DNA from: Eimeria praecox
Taxonomy: Eukaryota
Direction of reading: 5' to 3'
Length of the DNA stretch: 64,000 nucleotides
NCBI GenBank assembly: GCA_963920595.1
Contig: OY986948.1
Location: 620,001-684,000, forward strand
Shown: positions 1 through 13,055 of the stretch, in pieces
How positions within the stretch are numbered: position 1 is the first letter of the stretch
How the letters are laid out: every line of letters starts with the position of its first letter
Notes under the pieces: model-generated
The model's input: the letters and a program-made list of their open reading frames with translations, nothing else
Told to the model about the DNA's origin: nothing
The model's database searches: none
Program-made: the position numbers and the translations under genes

Positions 1-2350
1 TACGTGCTGCCGCTGTCTCCAGAACGAAGCTCACCTCGAACACCATTGAGCATCTCCCCAATGCTGGAAAGCCGACAGCCCAAGATCCTTTGCGTTTCGA
101 CAATCTCGGCTGACCTACCTCAGTTCAACTTTGAGGTACGTGTTTTCTGCCAGTAGAGTGAGGGCTCATTCAATTCTCCGAAAGGTTCCGTAGGCAATAC
201 CTTTACTCCAACCACAGCAAGCTGCCGGAAGGGATGAGACAGCTTTTTCTTAGGGCTATAAACGTGTAGCGAAATAATGCGGGGTTCGTTTCGCAGTGTA
301 GAAACATGGGTACTATCTGCCGCTGAACTGCATAGAGAATTATGCTCAGTTAAAGCAGCAGCCATGCTTCCATCCGGGTGGCTCCATATGCGCTGGAGTT
401 TTTCAGGAGAAGGCAGTTCAGATTACAGGAGCGGATTCACCCGTTGCCCTAGAAAAATTAGGGGTCAGCGTCGTTTGCAAAAAGGGTTACAAGCCGAACT
501 GCCCAAACAATGATGGATTCTTTGTTTCACAGTAAGTGCTCCCCTGTTTGTACTGCTCCACCTCCGAAGTTTGGCTTTCTGCATAGAAGGAGAGTTCTGC
601 CAGAACACACCCATAACTCAAATTGTCATATGGGACGGCTGTATCTATGATCGCTGTCTCTGCTTGTTAAAATGCAGTGTTCGGGGGTGTATAGTCTGCT
701 GCGTCCTCGAAGGGCATGGCCCATTCGGTCACGAGATTTGTCATGCCGTTCAGCAAGACTTGCTTAGGCTAACTACTGACAATCCAGATCTACCAGTTAG
801 ATCAAAGAGTGTACTTCAAGAAGCCTTTCTAAAGGTGAAGATGCAAGCGACAACTAGCGGCACTGCTTCGCTGCGTGCTTGTGACTTCGTGCATGCGCGC
901 TTGCATGCCTGATCTCCCAAGACATACGCGTTCATTATGTAGGAACTAGCTTGTGGCGTGAAATGTGGTTATGTTCACATTTTCCTTAGGCTCACAGCAA
1001 CCTGCAAATGAAGTGTAACGCGTTCAGATTGGACAGCAAGCTCAGTGGCACTACCGTTACCATCCTGGTGTACTTGAGGGAACGAAACAAGCTGTTCGTT
1101 GCTCACGTCGGTAATAGCCGAGCTGTGCTTTGCAAGTTTAATAGATATGGTAAGAACCCTGTGTAGTCGTGCCTATTCGGGTGTTGTCGGCACACTGGGC
1201 ACAATCATTGAGGGGTTACGAGTTGCTGTTACTATTGGCACACTCTTTGGCCTGAAGGGGCGTTGACATCTTTGCATGCTTGGCGCTTTCCTGCAGGCTG
1301 TGGCGTCCGCGCGGTCGACCTCACTGTGGACCATACTCCTACCAACAATAAGGAGCTGCGGCGTATCGTTAAAGCAGGTAATACACTCCCTTCAAACATT
1401 AGCCGAGGCAAACCCTTCTCATCGCTTCGTCGCTTCCTACTGTGTAATTTTTATTGCATCATTCCATGCGCGAAGGGGGACAGGTTAGGGCACTAGGAGG
1501 TGATGGCTGCCACCGTATTTTCTTGACTAACGGATATTTGCCCGGATTGGCTGTAGCCCGATCCATTGGCGATACTCTAGCTGGGAACGCAGGTGTCATA
1601 GCGTTGCCGGAGATAAAAGGCAAGTCTGCTTATTCCCCGTCGGCCTTGTAGAAGCATTCATTCCGGTATATGCATTTCATGCAAATAATATGGGGTTATT
1701 TCATTGCATTGATGGGGTCAGATACGCGAAGAGACCAGCATCACGCTTCCCTTCCATGCGCAGTCCATGCACAGCACAACTAATGCATTGGTTTTTCGCT
1801 TTCTTGCAGAATACAAAATCGATGCTAAACGCGACAAGTTCCTCTTACTTTGCACTGACGGTGTATGGAACGTCATTTCATCTCAAGAGGCAGTTGAGAT
1901 CGCCCATTCTGCCAAGCAAAAAGAAGTATACGCGAGCACATTTATGCTGGGGGCTGCAATAATGCTTTGTAGAGCCTTATCTAAACTAGTGATGAAGCTA
2001 ATTTGCTACTTCATACTGAAATTTTGTCTTTGCATTATTTACTATCAGTTAAGGCATGCTCGGATTTTCAGCTAAGCAATGCCAAGTATGATCAGTCACG
2101 GTGGTGGATAGGCCGTTGAGCCTTCTACACACCCTGTATCGTATCCTGTTTTCTAAGCTACAATCCAGCTTACATTACTTCCTGCACAATGGAGAATCAT
2201 GCATGACTCAGCGCAGCTGCATTTGGTGTGCTTGACATGCAGTGGAGAACCGCCCCAGAAGAACTGGCTCGAGAGTCGTGGCGCAGATGGATCAGCGAAG
2301 AGCAAATCTTTGCAGATGACATGACTGTACTCTTCCTCAAACTCTGTTGA
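1..2350 (+). CDS. PPM/PP2C-family Ser/Thr phosphatase (5' end outside window), atypical active site. Inferred exons <1-135, 407-531, 678-834, 990-1149, 1297-1377, 1476-1619, 1810-1925, 2243-2350
   Basis: Phase-consistent splicing gives the PP2C motifs in order: CKKGYKPNCPNND, VLEGHG, SGTT, AHVGNSRAVL, DLTVDH, GLAVARSIGD, LLLCTDGVWN, ADDMTVLFL, then TGA at 2348-2350. The first exon (<1-135) is less certain. Confidence 0.88.
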
Positions 2351-2710
2351 AGCCCAGTATACTGGGTGATGAAGTCGTTGATGAGTGCACCAAGAACTGA
2401 ACTGCTGCGTTGACGGAAGTGACCGGTTATACGCAAAGTGTAGTTCTGTATCTCTTACAACGCCGTAGCGGTACTGCCCTATTGTCAGATGGTCAAGTGC
2501 AAAGGCCGCAAGTCCATCGACGCGCATGCACAGTGTGCAGGCTCCACTAAGTCAGGTTGCTGGCTGATAGCTCACAACCAGGCATTTCTTCAACTGTGAT
2601 TGCACTACACGGAATCCCCCCTGCTTCAACCAGAGCAAAACATATTTTCCTGCCGGTTGCATGCAAAGTGGTTTTATGAGGAGGTTTTGGCGATGTTAAA
2701 AAAGTCGGCC

Positions 2711-5700
2711 TCAGCAGCCCTGAGCGGCTTGCATGGCCTCCATGTAGGTTGCTGAACCGAATTCACGGCGCCTTTTCTGTACTTCCTTTGCACAAAAGGA
2801 AGCACGCTTGACAAACAGCAGCTCAAGAGCAACACCGATGCTCCAGCCAAAGCCTGTCTGGCACTTGTAATCTCCACCTACCCCGCACGATCCAGAGGCC
2901 GAGCTGCAGGACTTTTCCGGTAATGCTCCTAGTCTCTTGTAAGCCTTAGAGTAGTGGCACATGCCCAAGCAGAATTCGAGGGGAGTACAACTCCCGCATT
3001 AATCTGGTTCATAATGTACACGTGCGGCTGCAACCGTGGGCTAAAGTACAGTCATCTCCTCTGCTAGGCTGAACGAAATTCGACAGCTGAGAGTCTAAGC
3101 GCCCTCCTCAGGAACAAACACCGCAAAGCAAATCCCTGTTTGTGAACTGCGCACCAACGCACCTGTATGCAGGCAGAAATGTATCTGTCCGTCATGCTTT
3201 TCACTGCCTCCACTATGGCCTGATTTCCAAGGTCAACAACTGCTTCTACAGCCATCTGGATAAGCGGTGGCCAGCAATTGGCTCCATCCCACTGCTGCCC
3301 AGTTTCGATCTGAGTTGTCTGAACAAACGTTTGACAGCAAAGCAACCCCCCGCCAGCCACGGCGAACCATGGTATTGACAGCCAAATATCGCAACCATTG
3401 GGCGCGAGAGATATACAGCTCACTGATAAGCCCCAGGCATTCCATAGTCCTGATCTTTCAACAAGAAACGTTGCTGATAAGACCTGCTTTCTGCGAGCTG
3501 CTTTCTCCTCGTCGTGTTCAGAGGTGGTCAGGATGAAGCATGTACAGGTGCCTTCACTGCCCCAGCTACTGCGGTCGTGCCCGAAGAGACGGCATGCTTG
3601 CAGGTTTACAGGAGAATGAATCTGCATTAGGAGGGGCGCGACTCCACCTGATGTAACCCTCGTAGACTGCCTTCCTTTCGATATATCAAAATCAAACCTG
3701 CAGCATTTCCAAGTCCGTCGGGCACATCCAAGTCACCATTCTTGACAAAAATCAAAGCAAAGCACAATACCCACGGTACTTCGGACACGGTCCACTGATT
3801 AATCACAAGGGCCAAAACATCTCAACGGATCTTTGCATATTCTACATTGCATATTGGCTCTCAAGATCCTTAGCTACTGCGCAATTAGACAAACCACCAG
3901 CTAGCTTCTTCATTCCACAACAGCTTCAGCATGGCTCCTCTGCGTTCATTCGCGCGTTTGTAAAAAAATTCGGGTGCTCGCCGCCCTTCGTATTGAACAT
4001 TTGAAAGACTAAGAACTTTCCCAAAAAAAAAGAGGTACAGCTCAGCATGGTACAGAAAGCTGCTCAGAAACAGACAAGGCCAGCACAAGCAGTCTCCACG
4101 CCGACGGAGTGGTTATGGCCGCGCCCATTCGTCCATCATCTGTCCCAAGTTCGGGACATGGCACAGGTAAAGGGAATAATGTATATTACAGAGCTTTCGT
4201 AACATGCCTGTTGAGATCCACTGGGAGCAATGACTCCGTACGCATGTTGGGCATCACCCCTTGTTCAACTGCGTCCATGTCGAATGGAACCCAGCGAGAA
4301 GAGAAGTCCCACCCCTGCGCATCGTAGCCCTTTATGTGGGCAATGAGGATGCTGGGCTGCTTGAAGGGGCAGCCAAATACAACAAGACACCCACGCTTAG
4401 ATGGATGGCCACGCACGGAGAGGCAATATGGAATATGCCTACCGACTCTGCAGCTGCTCGAATGCTTCGTAGTATACCAGCTCGAACTTCATCGTTAAAT
4501 ACATATGAACCGGTCTTCGCCATTCTCTCTGCATCTCTTACTACCGCAACGTCGCTCTCCCACGATTCTGTTCGTGGCTGTGCGGCATGACCGAGATAAC
4601 GACTTAAGCGAAAGTGCTTTCCTTCTGCGGGCAGTCAACATTTTTCAGCTACCGACCGGCTGCAACAAGCAACCCCATTCCAGTGGGTCTCCACAAAACA
4701 GATCTCAACGCACATGGCACTCTGGCATCTACGAACAGCACCACCACGACGCAGCCATATAACCCTAGCATGCTAAGACTTGCAGACACTCGGCAGACAC
4801 CAGCCCGCAGCACTACTAAAGATGCCCCAAGTTCTTAACGATGTTCTTACCTACGGCGACACATACTTGGCGGGCATCACCTTCCAGCCAGTATAAGTAT
4901 TCCCGTTGCGCATCCATGTAGGTGTTGCGGATCAGCTGCACATCGTTTTCAGACGTTCTTCACTCACTTCATAAACAAAAAATCAGGGATATTGCCACCG
5001 CTGGGCCGGGAACTCCCTAACGCCTTCGCAGGCCTGCCCATCATGCTCACCTCAAGATCGCCAGTGAAGGCATGGTAGGCCGAAAGCATCATACTGAAGA
5101 CCGGAGGCTGGCTCCTAGTCAGGTAGTACGAGCGCGTTCCGTCTGCCAAAGTAAGAGAACAGGAAGAACTGCGTCTGTATGGGGAACCTTTGGAGCAAAC
5201 CACAACACCGCAGGATGTGCTCTGGCCTGCAGTATAACACTACCCGTACTTGGAATGAATCCAAATCTTCTAATTAGGTGTGTGAAGTTGAGGATGATGC
5301 CTCGGGCTGTGGAAACCATGCCACTGTACAGCAGGCCTCGAATTATCCAGTAGGAGTCCCTGCATTCACACAAAGCGTACCCCAGAGAAACCCAATGCGT
5401 GCTGTGCTGCGCAAACAGCCATTTCAGCCAGGAACGTTGTATTATACTTCATTTACTTTCCGGAGTACGAGTGGAGTGCGCACCAGTAATACATTTCCCT
5501 GAATCTACCTCCGGGGATTATGAAGCCCCATGGTACATCCACCAACGATGATCCAGTGTAGTGATAGCTCGTAGCTTCACCAGTGTCACGATCAGGAAAA
5601 ACTGAAGGCAAAGTCTTCCTACCCAATTTTCCCCATAAAAGAATAATGCTCCGGGCAAAGTTGTTTTCCAAATAGCGCGTGAGCTCAGGGATGCTGCAGC

Positions 5701-6500
5701 TCGATGCTGTTTCACTGTCCAGGATGGGCTGGGGCAATTCAGTCAAGTCGAAGTTGGTTGCTTGGTTAACAGGAAAAATCGGTGTACCGAAAAGTTCTAG
5801 CAGATAGCGTTTATCTTCGTGGCTTCCTGTCCGCAGTACCGGGTCGGGGCCATGAGGTTCATTGTCTGTAAGCCATCTGGGCGTCTCTGTGCGGCAAAGT
5901 GGCAACAATGAGTGTAGTCGAAGAATAGGTGTATCAAACAAGGTTGGACCGCAGGGCCGACACTGTGTCCATAAATGGCGTCCTGTATGGCCGCGTGTAA
6001 ACTATTTGTTTCAAAACGATATGCGCATGCATACTTCCTGGCAAGTCGGGCGGCGTCCATTCCATGATATCCGGAAAGCCTGGATAAAAGCAGTCTTGAA
6101 ATGCCTTTTCGAAGTCTTGAGTATGCGCATTCTTGGGCAGCTCCGCGAAACGATTTACTATAACTGGGATTGGCGCTTTCATAACCAAGTCGGCCAGATC
6201 CTTGCAGTCAAACTTGCCAAAGATTCTACTAATTGCTGCACAAGGAGAAGTTGTATATAAATGAGAGGACATACCGGGTAATGGAATAATGTGCACGGTA
6301 AGGCTGATGCGCGTGAAGCGCATGCATGGACCATTGGTCTACTTACTCCAGGCGTGCAGCACAAACTTACCATGGAATACGGGGCCATCGCTGCAGACAA
6401 TTTCGTCAACAAAGGTCACGGTTCGTTTTAATTTAACAGGCAACTCATTTCGGTCCAGCGGAACAGGGCTTGTGTTGCCCATTTCACCCGCCACATGTGC
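2711..6500 (-). CDS. Trehalase, glycoside hydrolase family 37, multi-exon. Clear exons 6500-6371, 6235-6035, 5886-5484, 5359-5250, 5142-5051, 4935-~4870, ~4624-4443, 4314-4208, 4059-~3895, 3697-~3163 (with small intron(s)), ~2944-2711; the 5' end may extend to ORF 8001-7780
   Basis: The spliced translation carries the GH37 signatures PGGRFREMYYWDSY, GFIPNGTRSYYLTRSQPP, PRTES, AESGWDFSSRW, PVDLN, WFDFD, QQWDGANCWPP and GGDYKCQTGFGW. Confidence 0.92.
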
Positions 6501-9393
6501 CTAGAAAGGACGGCCCACACTAGATCGACGTGCAGTTCCCCTAGCTGTTTTGTGGCTTTCCTTTAAAGGCTCTTGGCAAAAGACCTAAAACCAACTTTGT
6601 TTAGGATTTCGTAAGGCCTTCTTTGCTAGCTGCATGCGCCACACAGTCGGCAGCCCCCGCCGGGTTGCCGGTGACTGTTGGTATATGAGTATAGTGTCAT
6701 TCTTTCCTTATAGACACAACAAAATAAATATCAAAACATATTTTACAATGCTCGATATTTTGGAGTAGACGTTATCGCCCCATGGATGTGCTGAGCAGGT
6801 GAACGCGCCTGGATTCGTTGGCTCAAGAAGCCGCGCATAAGTTTGGCAGGAAGCGTCTGCTGAAACACAGGTGTAACGACTGAAAATGTGATAGGAACGC
6901 TTCGTCAAGCGCCATGCTCCGGGGCAGAGAAACCACAAAGCTACGCAGCGCTTTGCTTGCAAGAGCCCTTGTTCCTCACGGTCCTACCATAAGGGCTGCG
7001 GTGCCAGGTAGTTCATGGGATGAATGCTAATCTGTTCTTGCAGTCCAATAGAAGGCTTCAGCATCTGTTTCGACGGTCGCATACGCGATTTACGTGAGAG
7101 TTCGAGCCGCCTTACCTTGTTGCCGTCATCGGCGCCCCGGACGAGTGGACAACCTTCTCCTTGTTGCGGTTCGTATGCCTACACTGGGAACTTCAGTACT
7201 TTTATTTGTAGGCCGGCATGCTAACACTTCTTCCTTCTCACTATACACCAACAAATCGTTGGTAGAGGCTTCAAATGAGCGATGCCCTCCTTTTGTCTAC
7301 GCACCGCGTAAATTGAGTGGGCTGAAGTCAGATCTATGAAAACGTAAGTTTTGATCTCATGATCTTGATAGCCTCCCTTGAGGGCTTATTTGTACTGCTA
7401 GCTTTGTCTCGTTTCTCCCTCTCTGATGGCAGACGTCTAGATTTTGCTGGTTGCAGTTCGGCAAAGTGACATCCAATAAGGATTAACTCGAGTAATTGCT
7501 CCTAACGCTGTTGCATTCAGAGCCCTTCGAACAGGGACCCTGGCTAGCCCTGTACTTGCCGGCTGATCACTACGAAACGTGCCCAGAGACATGGAGTTCA
7601 AATTAATAAGAATAGGCAGTTTAAGAAGTGCTAGCATTGGCAACCTAGGCACGCTTTAATTACCATGGCTATATGTAAGCCTGCTTAGCCATAAAAATTC
7701 GGCAAGCTTGCGTTGTCACGTTTACTTCAATGTGTGCAGGAACGCTTGTTGGCCGACATATCATCCTTCATTTGCTTACCGTAACGCTCGTCGCATTATA
7801 CAGATGCGAAATTCCCGACCTAACTGCCCCAGTATCGTCTTTCGCCCTCAAACAATGGTTGGGCAGTGACGCCCGCGGAAATCCGCACCTCCCTCGCCAG
7901 ACTAAAGTATAGGGGACCTGCCTCTTTTCCAGTAAATCAGAGTTTGTTACCTTGAAAGCATTAAATAAACCGCCTGCCGAGTTCTCCTGAGAAGTACTCA
8001 TTTGCTGCCCTCGTTTGCTGCATGCGGACTCGTCTAGCTACTTTCGGCTTTCTGTGGCTGCTCACCGCGTAGATCGAATTTCAGCTCACTTAGCTGGTAA
8101 AATCTAGGTTAGAAACTGGAATAGACAGGAGTATTCTTTCAGGGCATCTCTGATCCTCCTGGATTCTGCATGAATAGCCGCTCGTTCAAGCAATACCGGC
8201 TTTCTGCATTGACCCTAGATTCCTTAGTCACCTTCTGGAAACGTGCAGCTGGAATTACAATGCTTGTTGTGCTGTACGCATGCCTAACGGGAGAGGCAAA
8301 CAGAAAGCACTACTGATCCTCCGAATGAAGATTTCACTCCGTTTAAGCAATGAATTAGCGTGGTGCTTCCTCTTTATTTGTGCCGCCTATTTTTGTCCCA
8401 TCACATGTACTGCCTTATACCGACGTGAAGCTCCGTTACGCCCTCATTTGCATTCTATAAGGGCAAGCCCCTCACGTAGCACTATGGTGCTTCCCTTCAC
8501 TAGCAAAAAACTCACGCTCATCCCGCCCTTCGGAAGTGCACACCTGTCAAAATATTGGAGACAAGTAGAGCACCGCATATTGCCCATGGTAGTACGCATA
8601 TTGTACCGCACGCGAGCGCCAAAAACCTAGTAAGACTGAGAACCATTTCGACGCTATCATTGGTGTGGCAGAAAGTGCAGACACGAAGCCCGCGTGTACT
8701 CTAGCTATTGCCCTTACAGCTGTCGCTACTCTGTTGCACTGTCAGCTTTTGCACGTGCTCTCAAAATAGCGCTAGCTAGCACTATTTTGAGAGCCCTAAG
8801 TTACGGAAGATGCACGCCTATTATGCCATGTGGAGTCTGCAGGAAGTAATTTGCATGCCAGTGCCACCGCTGTTACTCCTCATATTAATGCATTACACAG
8901 CAACAGGCAAGCAATAAAGGAGTGTCGCGAAGCATCTGTCCGCCGTGCAGCAGAGCTTATGCTTGAAACATATTCGCTGATGCATATGCAGCACCATATA
9001 CGCAGTTCCTCTACACTTCTTTCTCCAGAATTCGGAAATGAGCGTAAATGAGCGAGAGAGTCTGGAAAGTGGCGTTCTGTTACGCAAGCATTCCTGCCTC
9101 TAGACAAGCAAACAGACTGGTAATTAACGAGCTCCGCAGCTCAATAAACCTGTAGGCAGAAGGCTGTACTTCAGCGCCCTGTTCTTAGGGCGTAAACTAG
9201 CTGAAGCCGCAAAAGCTCCGCTGTCCGCTGCTCTTGAGCGCAAGGGCTCCATGAACGATTATTCCCTTGTCACATCGCCTAATTAGTCCACTCACTAGCC
9301 CTACTCAGTACCTGATTGTGAGCCTGCGGTTGCTTTCTCCTTCCACTGTTCGTGGGCGACTACACTAATATACGAAAGAAGTGCTGGCCTTAT

Positions 9394-12300
9394 TCAAACA
9401 TCCTCAGACTTCGCATGCGATAATACTCCCGAAACGCTATGCTCCCTCGTTGTCTGATGAAGGTCACGAAGAGTTACTTCCATGTCAAATTCTGACTGCC
9501 GCATGCCATCACAAACGGCGGTCCACTGCCAGCGGTATTTGGGCTGCTGCGCTCTGAGGCTTCTCCAAGGAGGAACAGGTGGTCTGGCTGTTTGCATTTC
9601 GTCGATAAGCGAGGCGACTGATCCTGACTTGCGTGGAGAAGCGCACTCAGGCTTCTTGTGATTTTTTTCTTGCGCAACAAGAGAACCGTGCAGTGATCTC
9701 TCACAAATTCCGAAACTACTCAAGCAAGGTGAGCGTATCCCTCGCACCTCCTCCGGGATCGAGTTAGAAGGCCATCCAGGAGCGTGCAGTGCTTGCATAT
9801 GCTCAGGCAGCACGGCTGCATTCACATACCACAAATCAGCAAAAGAAAAGAAGAAACTGGCCCAAAGCAGCATCAAATAAACGCCCAACTAAGTCATCAC
9901 CAGCTCACCAGGCCCAAGCATTACAACATGGCGCGTAGACAGCTGAACCTCATCAGGAAGGAAAACCATCAGCGGCGCACTAGGGAAAAGTGTTATGCCC
10001 TGTGAGCAACGGAAGCCACATAAGCTGAAGCTGCGTTTGCCTCAAAGGTGCATCCTTCAGGACAATCTACTGACACGTTCCACTCCCCACGTAACAGTTA
10101 GCGGCAGAAACCCTTCAGATTTACTTGACTTGCGACTATTTTAATTTATGAGCTGTTTACAGCTTACAAACCTCATCAACAAGAATGTGACTGCGGACGA
10201 TTAAACCAGCGCACGCCCCCGCGACCTCAACGCCGCAGACGACATTGCCGTTCAGGACAGTTAATCTTTCTTTAGACCACCTAAGATGTCTGTCCTTTGC
10301 GCAACGTAGACACTTGTCTCTGAGGGTTTTGCTCGTAGGTAGCCAACTGTCCATATCCTCCTTTATGGAGCCTCCTTCTTTGAGCGCATTCACGCTGCCT
10401 CTGGTGTCCTTTGTGGGCAAACCCAAATTGAGTTTTACTTCAGGGTCCTTGTAGGAGCATCTGACGAGGGAGTTCACCTCGAAGCTTTCTAACACACAAA
10501 AACGACTGCTCAAAGCGACATCTTCAATGCGAATGGAGGTGCCGGTCATGGTGCGGCCACTCGTTGCAAGCCGCCTTTGCTGTAGCTCATCGGCCTTTTC
10601 CCCCTCCACAAGCTTTAAGTACTGGCCACTCGGCACAAGCGGAGGACAGGAAGCTGGTGCTGCCAAAGTCTGCCAGCGTCTCGGAATCACCAAGCAACAA
10701 GCAGGGCTGCAAAACTCCCACCAAGCAAGCAGACAGGTCCACATGAATGTGAACAGTTTTATATGGCTCTCATCCGGTACAGGTGGAGGCTCACATCACA
10801 GAGAGCAGCGCTGGCTAGAAGATTCGCTGCTGCAGTGGAGTGAAGTCATGAAGCACCACAGAAACCGTAAACGGGTTTCTCACCATGTATGTGTGCGGAC
10901 AAACTCAAGCAGAAGAGGTAGGCCAAATGCAGACGCAATTGGGCCGCAGTACTGGTCGTCTATTAAAACAATGCGATAGCGATGCAAATGTGCTTGCAAC
11001 ATTTTTGCATTTTCATCTGGTTCAGCTGTTCCCGTATTCGAGTCATGATTGTAATGCTTCTCATTATTCCCTGGAGCGGAGCCCGTTCCATCACCATTTA
11101 GCTGAAAACCACAATTCTCAGCCCCTTTGCAGGTATGGGGAGGCGTCACTTCGCCGGTAAGTACTTCAGCGATGCGGAGCTCGAAGACCTCCTTCTCTAA
11201 AGCCTCTAGCGACTGAAAGACCTTGAGACTATCGGGGCGGCCAAAACACTTCGCTAATGTCGCAGCGCTTTCCCAGTTGGATCTTTTCATCTGTACGCAA
11301 CAACAAATAACGCAGAGACAGAGTGCCAACTGACGCAGCCAAGAACAGTCAAGAACAGGGCAGAGGACGGTCCGATGGAGCCAGGAAGATGAATGTGCTC
11401 CACACTGTACCAACTAGTAGCATGCCATACAGAAGTGATTGGTTCCTAAAGTAGCAGCAACTGCTTGCGTGCTTGTACGATACCACCTTAGCCAGCAATC
11501 CGTCTCACCACCACGGTGTGTACTTCCGAAATACCCAATGACATCGCCAGAAGGGAAGGACGCATGAGAGGATCTTCAGATACGACTAAGGCACAATTTC
11601 TCGCATATGTGCAGCAGCAGGTTCCTTCAGTCCCTCCACCTCCTACAGAATTGCCATTTTTATTGTTCAAAGCCCGGAGCGCCACGGCCCCTCTATTCTG
11701 ATCGACTACCCCGCGGTGCTGGCCCCTTGAAAACTGGAATTGGCAGGGAGCAGACGGGCTGCTGAGCTTCAGAGCGCCACGAGTGTACAGAGGAGCCGTT
11801 GTACATTTCGCGCACGTAGGCAGAGGCCAGTGGCACGCCTCTACAGGAGCGGACAGCCGCCGCCTGTGCCAGCACAGGTTACACGAAACTCACTGTGAGC
11901 AACCGAGAGGGAAATCTCCCAGATGCATCGCATGTGCAACAACTCTACGATGCTATTGGGACGATGGACTGAGCATGCATGCACACTGTGCTTGAGAGCA
12001 CTTGCTGCGGCAGGAGTATTCGGTTCGGTTAGCTATGCAGTACTGATTTCCAGCGGTTTGGCTAATCCGAGGAGAACAGGCGAAGCATACCTTAAGGCTG
12101 CCTGAAAGGCATCCATCTTCTCTCGGCCAAGCCTTAGCCACTGCAAAGTCAATTCACTTGAAGGCCAGCAGTCTTCGAGTGTCGGTTCATCTTCCACTGC
12201 ACATGAGCGAAGCTGCAGAACCCGCAATTTCGAGTATCCCGGGATATCGCGTACCCGCAACTACGGGGTCCAAGCACTGCATTGGCAGGAGGTTACAAAT

Positions 12301-13055
12301 GAACAGCATGACGCGGCATTTTAGGCTGATCTCTCTAGCAATGCAGACTACGCAGAGCTGCTTCACGCAAGCGATCAGGTCAGCACACAAAGTAGGAAGT
12401 CCCGCTTACCCCTCACGCACAAAGAAAGCTGAATGGACTCACCTGCACCTCAGCATTATGTACGGAAGTGCCTGACAACGGCCGTGAAGTCGGACATGCA
12501 CCCGATTTCGTGTGTAGGGGAAGCCGTACGGCTGCCGAGGCTGCTGAGGCAGCACACGCACTGGACAAGCGCAACAACTCCGCGAATCTCTCCTGCCTCC
12601 TCCCACATGGCTGTTTGTTGTCCTTATTGGCGTTCTCAAAGATCTCTCCGTATGCATGACATGCAAGCAGACGCTTCTTTGCCGCCAGGGAAAGATGGTC
12701 AGGCCAAGACTGCTTTCGCCTGGAGCTTGGGGCCTGCGTGCACACGACGGGGAACGAACTGCGTAGAATGCAGTGCTCTCCTTTTATGATGTGGAATGTT
12801 AGGGGGCTGGACAGCCAAACAGAGGAAAGTGCTCTAGTTACTCCAAACAGAGGCAACAGAAAAGATAAGGAGCGAGCAAAGCACCAGCAATCTTGTGGGC
12901 GCTCCACCTACCGAATGGCGGTTAAATATTGTCAAATAGGAATCTTCATGCGGACGCTTCTTGAGTCGTTTGCTCTTCATACTGGATATATAGGCACCTT
13001 TGCTACAGAAAGAGACGTCTTCGGTTTCTTCTACAAGTCCTTCTGTAGAGCACAA
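9394..13055 (-). CDS. Hypothetical multi-exon protein (probable exons near 12733-12443, ~12260-12091, ~11853-11500, ~11290-10885, ~10740-10170, ~9840-9394)
   Basis: A series of same-strand open frames bounded by plausible acceptors and donors (gcag|GCC, CAG|gtgagt, AG|gtatgc), with phase compatibility between several. No family recognised. Confidence 0.5.

Noticed and set aside
8280..9107. Short ORFs between the trehalase and the hypothetical gene
   Set aside because: No motifs or convincing splice chain; likely UTR or intergenic sequence.
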